Positions 8,279 to 18,484 of a stretch of 64,000 nucleotides of DNA are shown piece by piece (positions within the stretch are counted from its first letter, which is position 1; every line of letters begins with the position of its first letter). Made by a program: the position numbers and the translations under genes. Source of the stretch: a bacterium (GTDB lineage Bacteria; Hydrothermota; UBA3073; JACQXS01; JAQTXJ01). Under the pieces are notes generated by a model. It made no database searches. It worked only from the letters and a program-made list of their open reading frames with translations, and had not been told where the DNA came from. Location: contig JBAZNK010000004.1 of assembly GCA_041649255.1 (NCBI GenBank), forward strand, positions 28,647-92,646, in the 5' to 3' direction.

Positions 8279-10186
8279 TTAAACTGTTGCAGCGCTTAAA
8301 AACGACTGCATAGATAAATATTGGCTCTGGTATTGAGTCATCATAACTTGCATTTGTGCAAGTTGTTTTGTATATGCCTCTACTCTCTTATCTATTCTTG
8401 ATTGCATTGACGTAATTCTAATATCAAGGTAGTTACTTTTACTATCCTGACCACTTATACTTTTTCCTACATAACCACCACTCTTAACATAATTATCAAC
8501 ATAATCATACAATTTTGATGCTTTTCCATATCCGGTATCCCCGGTAATTAATTGAAATAATTCTGATACATTGGAAGCTTTATTTGCAAGAGCATTTTCA
8601 AATTTATTAGTATCCGAAATCGAGTAATTCCCATTTGAATCGGCGGTTATACCTATTTGAGGAAGTTGTTCATAACCGGTATTAGCCACGCCGACAACTT
8701 TTTCTGACATATATCTCCTCAAATTTGAATACAACATTCTATAAATAGAGTTGTCGGAAAGCGGACCTTTGTCATATTCTCCTTCAGTTAATTTACGAGT
8801 CTTTGTTACTTCATCCAGATAATTAACCACATTATTATATGCACTTAGAAATGCTTGAACTTCTGCTTTTACTGATTCGGTATCGGAACCAACCGTAATA
8901 GTTACCGTTGGTGAAGTCTGAACCTTTATTAAATTCAATGTTAGTCCCGTAACTGCATCCGTAACCGTATTTGATTGCCGTTCCATAGATTCCGTATTAA
9001 TAATAAATTTAGAATTAAGTTCATCTTCTGCGTACACATAACCGCCTTCTCCATCTATCGCATCTTTTTTGGTTATCCTATTAAGTCCGGTAGTATTCGG
9101 GGAACCATCCCCAACAAGATTTCCTGTCACATCCTGGAGAGTAACGGTATAATTATTACCTGTTTCTTTACTCATAATTGTAAGTCTTGCTGTATCAGAG
9201 GTCGGATGAACGACAGTCGCAGTAACTCCTGAATCTGCATATCCGGCGCCACCTGCTGTATCTGTCTTTTGTGTTGTCCTGCCAAGTCCGGTAGTATTAT
9301 GTGAACTACTCCCAACAAGGTTCCCTGTTACATCTTCAAGAGTAACGGTATAATCATTACCTGTTTCTTTACTCATAACTGTAATTCTTGATGTCCCGGA
9401 AGTAGGATGCGTCACAGTCGCAGTAACCCTTGTGTCTGCAGCATTTATAGCCGCTGCCATATTGTCCATAATTGTATCGTTTGTATCGCTTGCAGAAACG
9501 TTTACCGCAATATCACTACTTGCAACTCCTTCTACAAGCACTTTAAACTTATATTCCCCGACATCTCCAGGGTTTTCTCCATATGTTTCATTCGCATCTA
9601 AATCTAAAGCCTCCCATATATCCGTTTCTGTACTTGTAAACCTGTCTGATGCCTGAATTGAATTCTGAGCTGCATTTATAGCAGTTGCCATATTTGTCAG
9701 AATTGTTTCATTTGTATCGCTCGCTGCAACGGTTACTGCAATATTGCCACTTGCAACACCTTCTTTAAGCACGTTAAATTTATATGTCCCGGCACCTAAA
9801 CTTAAATTTCCCCATATATCTGTTGCCGTATTTGTGAATTTATCCGATACCTGAATTGAATTTTTGGCTAACTGGGATATTGAAGTGTTATAATTCCCGG
9901 CCACTGCGGTACTCCCGGCAGATGCAGTAACAACATCAGTATCCGAAGAATTTGCTGATTTGCTATTAAAAGAATTAGCTCCTTCAGTAGTATTTTTTAT
10001 AGCATATGCCTGACTTTTTAATACATTTAATTTAGAAAGCAAGCTTGATAAAACTGAATTTGTAGATTGAATTACTGATTTTTGCGCCTTCAGTAAAGTA
10101 AGAGGTTGCTCAAGCTGTGTTCTGTAAGTTTGAATCATACTATCCAGAGCACTTGAGACAGAACCAGTCGACGATGTGCTTGCCAT
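8279..10186 (-). CDS. fliD: Flagellar filament capping protein FliD (hook-associated protein 2)
   Basis: 635 aa; FliD N-terminal and C-terminal coiled-coil domains around an internally duplicated Thr/Ser/Asn-rich central region. Confidence 0.85.
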   Translation of the reverse strand: MASTSSTGSVSSALDSMIQTYRTQLEQPLTLLKAQKSVIQSTNSVLSSLLSKLNVLKSQAYAIKNTTEGANSFNSKSANSSDTDVVTASAGSTAVAGNYNTSISQLAKNSIQVSDKFTNTATDIWGNLSLGAGTYKFNVLKEGVASGNIAVTVAASDTNETILTNMATAINAAQNSIQASDRFTSTETDIWEALDLDANETYGENPGDVGEYKFKVLVEGVASSDIAVNVSASDTNDTIMDNMAAAINAADTRVTATVTHPTSGTSRITVMSKETGNDYTVTLEDVTGNLVGSSSHNTTGLGRTTQKTDTAGGAGYADSGVTATVVHPTSDTARLTIMSKETGNNYTVTLQDVTGNLVGDGSPNTTGLNRITKKDAIDGEGGYVYAEDELNSKFIINTESMERQSNTVTDAVTGLTLNLIKVQTSPTVTITVGSDTESVKAEVQAFLSAYNNVVNYLDEVTKTRKLTEGEYDKGPLSDNSIYRMLYSNLRRYMSEKVVGVANTGYEQLPQIGITADSNGNYSISDTNKFENALANKASNVSELFQLITGDTGYGKASKLYDYVDNYVKSGGYVGKSISGQDSKSNYLDIRITSMQSRIDKRVEAYTKQLAQMQVMMTQYQSQYLSMQSFLSAATV

Positions 10187-10266
10187 TTTTTCCTTATTAC
10201 CTCATTTTTTTTAATCTGTCAATTTTTTATTATGTAGGGACTTGATTTTCCAAGTCCATTATTTTT

Positions 10267-10599
10267 TTATAGTCCTTCGCTAAATTTTTGAAGATTAAAA
10301 GCCTTGATCCATGACTCTTTAAGTCCTTGTAATATATGCATTGGTTCACCGAAATGACCTTTTCTCGCTTCCGCCATAGCATATTGATAAAGTCTAAAAA
10401 GTCTTGCAGGTATTTCTCCGTGGTCAAAATTTAAAGAATCTATAAGTTCGGCAATTACTGCCAAAGTTTTTCCTTTATCTTTCGCTATACATGCTGATAC
10501 TCCTATATCATATAATTTTGCTATCAACTCTTCTTTTGATAACCCCATAATTTCTTCTTTCAGAAAAGTGTCTGACGCATAACCTGGCATTGTTCTCAT
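10267..10599 (-). CDS. fliS: Flagellar export chaperone FliS
   Basis: 110 aa helical protein immediately upstream of fliD in transcription order; FliS-like motifs (KLYDIGVSACIAKDKG, LYQYAMAEA). Confidence 0.75.
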   Translation of the reverse strand: MRTMPGYASDTFLKEEIMGLSKEELIAKLYDIGVSACIAKDKGKTLAVIAELIDSLNFDHGEIPARLFRLYQYAMAEARKGHFGEPMHILQGLKESWIKAFNLQKFSEGL

Positions 10600-10674
10600 T
10601 TTTTCTCCTTTATCCCGCCTTGGACGGGATTATCCCAAATTTGTGCTGGGGGACAAATCCTTTGTCCTCTAACC

Positions 10675-10723
10675 AAAAAACAATGCTACAGGGGAAGAAG
10701 AAATCCTCTCCACCTGTAGCAAT
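10675..10723 (-). terminator. Probable intrinsic terminator/attenuator downstream of flagellin
   Basis: Inverted repeat CTACAGG...CCTGTAG (10690-10723) followed on the minus strand by CAUUGUUUUUUGG. Two more hairpins lie before fliS (10645-10661 GGACAAAtccTTTGTCC; 10606-10626 ATCCCG..CGGGAT). Confidence 0.45.
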
Positions 10724-10747
10724 TGTTTTATTGTTTTTCATTGTCCT

Positions 10748-11620
10748 TTATTTACCAAGCAATCCGAGTACGAATGAAGGCGCTGTATTCGCCTGTGCAA
10801 GTCCGGCTATTGCAGATTGCTGCAATATTGTATACTTCGTTACAGCCAACTGTTCCTCAGCCATGTCAGCGTTCATTATTCTTGAATAAGTTGCCCAAAC
10901 ATCTGATTCATGCTGAGCAATTCTTCCTTCCTTCACTAATAGACGCTCTTCATAAGTTCCGATGATATTAACAGCGGACTTATCTACTTTTGCAACAGCG
11001 GTTATAAGTGACGCAAGTAATGAACTTGCTGCCGTAATAGTAGAAACGCTCATCGTAGTAATAGAGGCAACTCCCGTTAACTGTTTGAAAGTTAGTCCAC
11101 TTGCTAAATTGTGAACCGTGAATGAGAGTTTGCTTGTCGCTGAATCGCTCGTTGTACCAACCCATGTTGACCTGTTGGTAGAATAGCTACCTTTCAACAG
11201 ATGCAAGCCTCTATACTGAGTCTGTTCTACAGTCTGGTTTATTTCATTTGCAAGAGATTTGAGTTCAGCCAGGACATTTGCTCTGTCAGTTGTTGACAGC
11301 AAGTCAGATGCTGCCCCTTCTGCAAGGACTGACATCTGAGTAAGCATATCCTTAATCGCTACTGCACCTGTTTCTGCAGTAATAAAAAGATTTTGGGTGT
11401 CTTGCACGTTTGTAAGTGCTTTGTGCCACCTCAATGCTGTTCCCTCTAACTCTTTTGCAATAGAAAATTCTGCCGGACCTTCGCCTGCTGAGTTTAACCT
11501 TTTGCCTGTGGCAATTCTGAGTTGGTGAGTACCTAACTCACGGTTAACTGCATTCAAGGCGTTTGATGCATTCATCGCACCCATATTGGTGCGGATTCTC
11601 GCTAAGTCTCCGAATGGCAT
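10748..11620 (-). CDS. fliC: Flagellin (short, 290 aa; N- and C-terminal D0/D1 helices, small variable region)
   Basis: N-terminus (LRIATGKRLNSAGEGPAEFSIAKEL) and C-terminus (IMNADMAEEQLAVTKYTILQQSAIAGLAQAN) match conserved flagellin domains; GGAGG RBS at 11635-11640. Confidence 0.85.
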   Translation of the reverse strand: MPFGDLARIRTNMGAMNASNALNAVNRELGTHQLRIATGKRLNSAGEGPAEFSIAKELEGTALRWHKALTNVQDTQNLFITAETGAVAIKDMLTQMSVLAEGAASDLLSTTDRANVLAELKSLANEINQTVEQTQYRGLHLLKGSYSTNRSTWVGTTSDSATSKLSFTVHNLASGLTFKQLTGVASITTMSVSTITAASSLLASLITAVAKVDKSAVNIIGTYEERLLVKEGRIAQHESDVWATYSRIMNADMAEEQLAVTKYTILQQSAIAGLAQANTAPSFVLGLLGK

Positions 11621-11646
11621 TTAATTTTCCATCACCTCCTGAATTG

Positions 11647-11674
11647 ATTATCGCTTACTTTCCCCAAAACTTTA
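11647..11674 (-). promoter_or_regulatory. Sigma-28 (FliA)-like promoter for flagellin
   Basis: Minus strand reads cTAAAGTTT-N12-GCGATAAt, close to the TAAAGTTT-N11-GCCGATAA consensus; ~15 nt upstream of the RBS. Confidence 0.45.
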
Positions 11675-11782
11675 GAAAAAAATTAAAAAACCTTAAATTA
11701 TTTTTTCATACCCGAAAATAAATAACCGGAAACCTGTATATAAATGCGACTTAACGGGTATGTGCAGAACTATTATATAATT

Positions 11783-11813
11783 TGTAGGGAACGCATATAT
11801 GCGTTCCCTACAA
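11783..11813. promoter_or_regulatory. Perfect 13-bp-arm palindrome TAGGGAACGCATA|TATGCGTTCCCTA between the island and the flagellin promoter (operator or terminator)
   Basis: Directly visible in sequence; loop-less and without a flanking U-tract, which favours a dimeric protein-binding site over a terminator. Confidence 0.5.
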
Positions 11814-11905
11814 ATTGATATTCAATTCTTCATTGAACTTGTGTGCCGGATACTCACTTAGCTGGGCCAGATGAGGGATTTCTTACCAGCTCTTGGATGT
11901 AATCC

Positions 11906-13405
11906 TTAGAGTTTGTTATCCACCTCTGCTGGAGCATCCCCTTGTCTATTTACTTTCCCCTTCTCTATTCCCTTAACTTTTGTAAATATTTCTATCGCTT
12001 TATTCTCATTTCCGGATTTCTGGTAACATAGAGCAAGATTTTTTAATGCAGGAACAAATTCGGGATTCAATTTAAGCGCCTCTTCCAATTGAAAAATTGC
12101 TTTATCATACAATCCTTTTAACATATAACCGAATCCGAGTTTATTACATATTTCACAATCCTTTTGTCCGAGTAGAATCGCCTTTTCAAAACAATCACAT
12201 GCTTCGTCTACATTTAGAATCTTCAACAATAATTCTCCCAACAAAACATACAAAACAGGATTATCCGGTTGGATACTTATTGCGTTTTTATAAGATTCCA
12301 TTGCTTTTTCTAATTCATCTTGCTGTTCATAAATCCTGCTTAATTTAAGATACGGCACAACATAATTTTTATCCGTTTCTATTGCCTCATTATAATAAAA
12401 GATAGCTTTATCATTCAATCCTGCTGATTCATAAACTTCCCCAAGCATCTCATATATTACCTGCGGCGTCATTTTTATATAAAATAATCTATGTTGAATG
12501 AGTTGACATTTCTTTAACGCAATTTTTAACTCTTTTACCGCATCAATATATTCTTCCTTTATTGAATAAGAGTGAGCAGCATGAACATTAAACATGCACT
12601 CATCGGGATACAACTTAATTGACTTGCTACACCATTCCAATGCCTTATCCGGCTCCTTTTTTCCATTATACGCATCTATTATATATATATGTGTGAATAA
12701 TCGAAAATGTGGAGATGAAACATCAGAACTAATAACCTTATGGAAATGCTTTATTGCCGAATTTTCATCCCCCATCGCGTGGTATTTCGAACCAAGATAA
12801 AAATTAACAACAGGGGAATCAGGATCTTTTTTATACCATTCTTTTAATATTTTTAGACGTCCTTCCTTCTTTTTTAATTCTCCGGAAAGATAACCCACAT
12901 GATATATAAATATATCCATTATTTTTACTTTAATTTTAAGTTTTTGCATAGATTCTTCCAGATCATTGTGAATCACACCACTATAACAAATCCCGGGAAT
13001 ATTTTTAAAAAGCCTTATTAATATGTTAACATCAAAAGCAGGAGAATAGGGGATAAAAAAATTCCTCGTACTAATTGCATACGCATCATATTCAGGATTC
13101 TGCAGCAATGTTTCTATTTTTTTTCTATTCTCTTCATCTATATACTCATCCGCATCTATAATTAGTATCCATTCTTTTGTAACATATTTTAATGACTCAT
13201 TCCTCGCTGCCGAAAAATCATCGCACCACTTAAAATAATATACTTTTGCCCCGTATGATTTGGCTATTTCTACCGTTTTATCACTTGAACCGGTATCTAC
13301 TACTATTATCTCATCTACTAAGTCCTTAAAACTATCCAGACATCTTGGTAAATTCTTTTCCTCATCTTTTACAATCATACATAGGGATATGCTTTGTTTT
13401 TTCAT
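11906..13405 (-). CDS. GT2 family glycosyltransferase fused to C-terminal TPR repeats (GmaR-like architecture), paralog 1
   Basis: 499 aa; N-terminal GT-A fold (ISLCMIVKDEEKNL...IVVDTGSSD...DADE DxD-type motif); C-terminal half TPR-like. Confidence 0.75.
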   Translation of the reverse strand: MKKQSISLCMIVKDEEKNLPRCLDSFKDLVDEIIVVDTGSSDKTVEIAKSYGAKVYYFKWCDDFSAARNESLKYVTKEWILIIDADEYIDEENRKKIETLLQNPEYDAYAISTRNFFIPYSPAFDVNILIRLFKNIPGICYSGVIHNDLEESMQKLKIKVKIMDIFIYHVGYLSGELKKKEGRLKILKEWYKKDPDSPVVNFYLGSKYHAMGDENSAIKHFHKVISSDVSSPHFRLFTHIYIIDAYNGKKEPDKALEWCSKSIKLYPDECMFNVHAAHSYSIKEEYIDAVKELKIALKKCQLIQHRLFYIKMTPQVIYEMLGEVYESAGLNDKAIFYYNEAIETDKNYVVPYLKLSRIYEQQDELEKAMESYKNAISIQPDNPVLYVLLGELLLKILNVDEACDCFEKAILLGQKDCEICNKLGFGYMLKGLYDKAIFQLEEALKLNPEFVPALKNLALCYQKSGNENKAIEIFTKVKGIEKGKVNRQGDAPAEVDNKL

Positions 13406-13542
13406 ATAAAAGTTCCCCTTGCTTATTCTTCAATATCAACTTCTATTCTTCTTTTGTTCCCGAGCCTTTAGCTTGCTTAGAACTGGTTTCCCACCCTTAC
13501 TCGTCATTCCCGTGTAAGCGGGAATCCAGTATTTTTGCTGTT

Positions 13543-14520
13543 TTATTTTCTTATCAAATCCTCTACAAGTTTATTTACAGTTTTCAATTGCTTCTCTGAT
13601 GAATAATGTTCATCAATAAATTCTTTATATTCTATTGATTTATAATCTTTCGAAAACACCAATTTTCTAAATTTTTCAGGTGTTTCAAATAAATATTTCT
13701 CAGGATAAATCTCATTTGCCCCCGGGAAATAGTGAATAATAGGTTTTATCCCTCTTGCCATAGCTTCCATTATTCCCATTCCCTGGCTTTCTCGGATACT
13801 TGTAGAAATAATAAAGTTTTTGTCTTCTAACCAGTTATTTATATCTTTTATAAACCCATAAAAAGTTATGTTCTTTTCCAAATGCCACAACTTAATTATA
13901 TGGTCGAAATAATCTTTTATTTCAAGTGCAGGAGGATAATCATCATTGCATCGTCCGACAATATGTAATTTATATTTTGGGTTCAGGTTAACTATTTCCT
14001 TAAAACACTGTAATAACAAGGGAATGTTTTTCGCGGGACGGAAATCTCCGATAAATGCAATATTATATCCCGGTTTTCTATCTTTAAATGCAAAATTATC
14101 CACGTCCACTCCATTAGGAATGACAACAGTGTCGACTTTTTCTTCAAGAAAAGGCACTAATCTTTTCGTTTTTTCTTTTATATGATTGGCAACAAAGATC
14201 AACCTATCAACTCCTCCCCATCTCACCATTGAAGGCGTTCCCGTATACGTTTCATAACTGTGCAACCGGCAAACAACCTTACATATTTTAGGTCTCTGTG
14301 TCACATAAGCCAAAATAGGTTTACACCATTCAAACCAGGAAACATCACTCCATTGCATAATATCGTACAATTCTTCCGCCGTATTCCCGGAAAACACTTT
14401 TGTTTCATACCTTACAGATAAATTTTTAATAATTGGATCTAAAAAAGAAAATTCTCCGGGTTCAGCAATAAAAGCAATACGAGGTTTCCCGGAAGTATTT
14501 TTAATGCCTACACCCATCAT
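13543..14520 (-). CDS. Glycosyltransferase, GT1/GT4-like (GT-B fold)
   Basis: 325 aa; C-terminal EGFG-like nucleotide-sugar binding region (RESQGMGIMEAMARGIKPI). Confidence 0.6.
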   Translation of the reverse strand: MMGVGIKNTSGKPRIAFIAEPGEFSFLDPIIKNLSVRYETKVFSGNTAEELYDIMQWSDVSWFEWCKPILAYVTQRPKICKVVCRLHSYETYTGTPSMVRWGGVDRLIFVANHIKEKTKRLVPFLEEKVDTVVIPNGVDVDNFAFKDRKPGYNIAFIGDFRPAKNIPLLLQCFKEIVNLNPKYKLHIVGRCNDDYPPALEIKDYFDHIIKLWHLEKNITFYGFIKDINNWLEDKNFIISTSIRESQGMGIMEAMARGIKPIIHYFPGANEIYPEKYLFETPEKFRKLVFSKDYKSIEYKEFIDEHYSSEKQLKTVNKLVEDLIRK

Positions 14521-14726
14521 TTATCTCCTCTTTTCTGCACCTGTCTGCCATTTTTTGACAGATATTCCCCATGTTTTATTTCTAATATATATATTTGATA
14601 TTTAATTTTTTTACAGACTCTTTGGTAATAACCATTAGAGCTCGTTATCCCGTTCCAGCGGGGGATTTTTAATTTATCTCTCATTATGCATGCCCATTTC
14701 TCACCCACTACTCATATCTCTTTCTC

Positions 14727-16223
14727 TCACCGTTTCTCCAGCCTTCTCACTTTCGTAAATACCTCTACCGCTTTATTCTCGTCCCCGACTTTCTGATAAC
14801 ATAGAGCAAGGTTTTTTAATGCAGGAACAAATTCGGAATTCAATTTAAGCGCCTCTTCCAATTGAAAAATTGCTTTATCATACAAGCCTTTTAACATATA
14901 ACCGAATCCGAGTTTATTACATATTTCACAAGTCTTTTGTCCGAGTAGAATCGCTTTTTCAAAACAATTACATGCTTCATCTACATTTAGAGTTTTTAAT
15001 AATAGCCCTCCAAATAAAACATATAAAACAGGATTATCGGGCTGAATACTTATTGCGTTTTTATAAGATTCCATTGCTTTTTCCAATTCATTTTGCTGCT
15101 CATAAATCCTGCTTAATTTAAGATACGGCACAATATAATTCCTATCCGTTTCTATCGTCTTGTTATAATAAAATATAGCTTTATCTTTCAATCCTGCTGA
15201 CTCATAAACTTCTCCAAGCATCTCATATATTACCTGCGGTGTCATTTCCATATAAAATAATCGTCGCTGAACCAGCTGACATTTCTTTAGTGCAATTTTT
15301 AACTCTCTTACCGCATCAATATATTCATCCTTTAATGAATAGGAATGAGCCGCATGAACGTTAAACATACATTCATCGGGATATAACTTAATTGACTTGC
15401 TACACCATTCCAACGCATTATCTGGATCTTTTTTCCCATTATACGCATCTATTATATATATATATGAGAATAATCGAAAATGTGCATACGGCGTATCCGA
15501 ATCAATAACTTTACGGAAATGTTTTATTGCCGAACTTTCATACCCCATTGCGTGGTATTTTGAAGCAAGATAAAAATTAATAATGGGCGAATCAGGCTCT
15601 TTTTTATGCCATTCTCTTAATATTTTCAAACGACCTTTTTTCTTTTTCAATTCTCCGGGAAGATAACCTGTATGATATATAAATATATCTGTAATTTTTA
15701 CTCTTAATTTAAGTTTGCGTATAGATTCCTCTATGTCATTATGAATTACACCACTATAATATAAGCCATGGGTATTTTTATAAAGACGGATTAACACATT
15801 AATATCATAAGCAGGAGAATGTGCTATATAAAAGTTCTTGATATTAATCCCATATGCATCATAGTCTGCACTCTGGAGCAAAACTCTAATTTTAGCCTTA
15901 TTTTCTTCATCTATATATTCATCCGCATCTATACTAAATATCCATTCTTTCGTTGCATATTTCAATGTTTCATTCCGTGCTTTTGAAAAATCATCGCACC
16001 AGTTAAAATAATATATTTTTGCCCCGTATGATTTGGCTATTTCTACCGTTCTATCACTTGACCCGGTATCCACTATTATTATTTCATCTGCTAAGTCCTT
16101 TACGCTTTCCAGACATTTCGACAAGTTTTTTTCTTCGTTCTTTACCATCATACATAATGAAATAGTTGGAACTCTATGATCAACCGTCTGTAATTTTTTA
16201 ATTTCACTATTGTTTTTATTCAT
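14727..16223 (-). CDS. GT2 family glycosyltransferase fused to TPR repeats (GmaR-like), paralog 2
   Basis: 498 aa; same architecture as 11906..13405. The 3' two-thirds are near-identical at DNA level; the antisense shadow ORFs 12097..12348 and 14870..15121 are homologous. Confidence 0.75.
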   Translation of the reverse strand: MNKNNSEIKKLQTVDHRVPTISLCMMVKNEEKNLSKCLESVKDLADEIIIVDTGSSDRTVEIAKSYGAKIYYFNWCDDFSKARNETLKYATKEWIFSIDADEYIDEENKAKIRVLLQSADYDAYGINIKNFYIAHSPAYDINVLIRLYKNTHGLYYSGVIHNDIEESIRKLKLRVKITDIFIYHTGYLPGELKKKKGRLKILREWHKKEPDSPIINFYLASKYHAMGYESSAIKHFRKVIDSDTPYAHFRLFSYIYIIDAYNGKKDPDNALEWCSKSIKLYPDECMFNVHAAHSYSLKDEYIDAVRELKIALKKCQLVQRRLFYMEMTPQVIYEMLGEVYESAGLKDKAIFYYNKTIETDRNYIVPYLKLSRIYEQQNELEKAMESYKNAISIQPDNPVLYVLFGGLLLKTLNVDEACNCFEKAILLGQKTCEICNKLGFGYMLKGLYDKAIFQLEEALKLNSEFVPALKNLALCYQKVGDENKAVEVFTKVRRLEKR

Positions 16224-18423
16224 CTTTTTCTAAAAGCTCCTTTAAAACTGCTTGTCGAAAACTATCAACACTATTTGTAACTTGTCCCCGTTTGTCAAAC
16301 ATAATCCCAAGACTGGAGTCATATTCCTGGAGATTTAAAATTGGAACGCACCAATTCCCGGAGACTATACTTAATATTTTTTCACATCTATCCACATATC
16401 TATAATGTTGATGGACTAATTGGTACCCTGCTTTTGCTATATGCTCCCTTTCATCTTCATTTTCTAAATAATATTTAATTTTTTTCACCAGATCATCAAA
16501 ATCGTGCACTTTCCAATAAATCAGATGCTTTCCGTTTGCAAACATATCCGGCATTGAAATCTCTTCTGTAAGTGCAAAAGTCCCTGTTCCAAGAATTTCA
16601 TGCAGCCGTGTCTCTGTATTTAACAACTCTGTAAAGTGAAGGTTGAGAAAAATCTTACATTGATTGATAAAACAATTTAATTCTTCTCCATATACGCTTT
16701 TATAAACTATGTTAATTCCTTCTTTCTGGAGAGAATTCAATATTTCTTGCCTGCGAGGGGAAATAAGTCCTGAAAAGCCAATATCATATATTTTAGGGGT
16801 ATCTATCTTTTTATGTATTTTAGGATTTACTCCTGAGGTACTTACCCAAAATACATTCTTTCCACCGAGTTCTCTTATTTCATTAAGTGCGCTATAGTCG
16901 TGATGAAAGAACATATCAAAAGCTGATATATTTTGTTTAAGGTTTTCTGCGTTTATTTTTGACCTCCAGTCAGCAATTTCAGAACGCTGGTGAATTAATT
17001 CACCATACCATACAACAGTAGGTTTTGGGAAGAATTTGATCACCCCCGGGGGAATACCGTGTCCCTGTAATACTATTGTTATATCGGCAGATGAATAAAT
17101 AACATTTGAAAGACTTTCTTTACGGGAATCAAAAGTCTTTATTTCATACCCAAGCTGTTGAAATGCATCTAAAACATGATATTCGACTCCCCATTTGTTA
17201 CTAAAAACACCAACAAGATTTATCTTTTTTATCGGATATTCCAAATTTTCTTTTTTTGAATGCAATGCCACAATTTCTCTAATTTGACAAGTTGAATCCG
17301 TCTCGGACAGACTCGCCTCAACCTTTTCCCCTTTTCCGTACCTACCTGCCAATTCACTTTGCAGGTCTCCATCTCCCAAAACTTTCAAAACTTCCAACCA
17401 ACGTTTTTCCCATGTATGTTCTCTAAGCGCCCTTTTTCTCGCATTAATACCAATCCTTATAGTTTCTTCGGGATGGGCAATATAATACTTTACTCTCTTT
17501 AGAAGTTCTTTTTCATTTCGATAAAAAAGAATTTCTTTGTCCAGTTCAAAATAATTGGATAATTCTTCATTATAAGTGGTTAAATATGCAACTCCGGTCA
17601 TTGGAACCTCAAAGTCTCTGCCTTTCATTGCTTTTGCATCTTTCGTATATCCAAATCCTAAAGTAATAAATGAATTATGATAAATTCTAATCATTTCTTC
17701 TTGTGAAACCTCACCTTCAGGCCACTCCTTGCCTCTTGCATAAACAGGGATTCCATTCTTTTTTAGCATTTCAATAATCCCGGTACGGATACCGTAGTTT
17801 TGTCCTATAAAACTAACGGGTATATTTTTTTGAATTGTTCTTCTCTCTTTCCCAAAAACCTTCTCATTTGCCCCGGGAGGAACAAATAAAGGTGTCGCGC
17901 CAACTGACAAATATTTTTCCACATCCTTCCTACTCTGTGCAGTAATACAAACATCAAAAATAGAGGCTATTTCTCCATTTCCACTCCACCCTGTTGTTTC
18001 TTTCTTGCCCCAAAAACAACTCGTATCATCAAAACCAAAATTTATCGTTATTATACCCATTTCATTTATCTGTTGTATGGTTTCTCTAAAAACCCATCTA
18101 CCGGAAAGATACCCAAAAAAAATATGGATTGGCTTTTGCAAATGCGCTTCTTTCACTTTTTCTAACAATATATTATTAAACTCATTTTTTTTAATAGTAT
18201 GCCAATCTAAGGAATATTGATTATATTCTTCTCCCCAATCATAATGGACAACATCCGCAATCTTATTCCATGAATCCACTAAACCGGCTTTTTCCCAATT
18301 AATGTTTTTTACGGCAATAAAAATTCTTGGACGGGTATTATAAGGTATTTTTTTGTTCTGCTGTTTCAATTTATTTCTGATTGACCTTACCAAATCCTTG
18401 TCTTTTATAAAACTCTTATCCAT
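16216..18423 (-). CDS. Protein with two tandem CgeB-like (DUF3880 + Glyco_trans_1_2-type) glycosyltransferase-like domains
   Basis: 735 aa; two repeats each ending in the CgeB-family motif (...ARKRALREHTWEKR... and ...AKAGYQLVHQHYRYVDR...). Confidence 0.5.
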   Translation of the reverse strand: MDKSFIKDKDLVRSIRNKLKQQNKKIPYNTRPRIFIAVKNINWEKAGLVDSWNKIADVVHYDWGEEYNQYSLDWHTIKKNEFNNILLEKVKEAHLQKPIHIFFGYLSGRWVFRETIQQINEMGIITINFGFDDTSCFWGKKETTGWSGNGEIASIFDVCITAQSRKDVEKYLSVGATPLFVPPGANEKVFGKERRTIQKNIPVSFIGQNYGIRTGIIEMLKKNGIPVYARGKEWPEGEVSQEEMIRIYHNSFITLGFGYTKDAKAMKGRDFEVPMTGVAYLTTYNEELSNYFELDKEILFYRNEKELLKRVKYYIAHPEETIRIGINARKRALREHTWEKRWLEVLKVLGDGDLQSELAGRYGKGEKVEASLSETDSTCQIREIVALHSKKENLEYPIKKINLVGVFSNKWGVEYHVLDAFQQLGYEIKTFDSRKESLSNVIYSSADITIVLQGHGIPPGVIKFFPKPTVVWYGELIHQRSEIADWRSKINAENLKQNISAFDMFFHHDYSALNEIRELGGKNVFWVSTSGVNPKIHKKIDTPKIYDIGFSGLISPRRQEILNSLQKEGINIVYKSVYGEELNCFINQCKIFLNLHFTELLNTETRLHEILGTGTFALTEEISMPDMFANGKHLIYWKVHDFDDLVKKIKYYLENEDEREHIAKAGYQLVHQHYRYVDRCEKILSIVSGNWCVPILNLQEYDSSLGIMFDKRGQVTNSVDSFRQAVLKELLEKDE

Positions 18424-18484
18424 AATTATTTCTATAAACTATATTTTTTTAATATTATTTTTCTTACATTTACACTAATCACTT

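Noticed and set aside
10230-10427. 65-aa minus-strand ORF overlapping the 3' end of fliS
   Set aside because: Alternative frame inside the fliS-fliD junction. It has no RBS, and the FliS frame has the family-like sequence.
12097-12348. Plus-strand 83-aa ORF (and its twin at 14870..15121)
   Set aside because: Both are antisense shadows inside the paralogous GT2+TPR genes. Their mutual similarity simply reflects the gene duplication.
14517-14708. 63-aa minus-strand ORF between two glycosyltransferase genes
   Set aside because: It covers a hairpin/T-tract intergenic region. It has no RBS and an odd composition.
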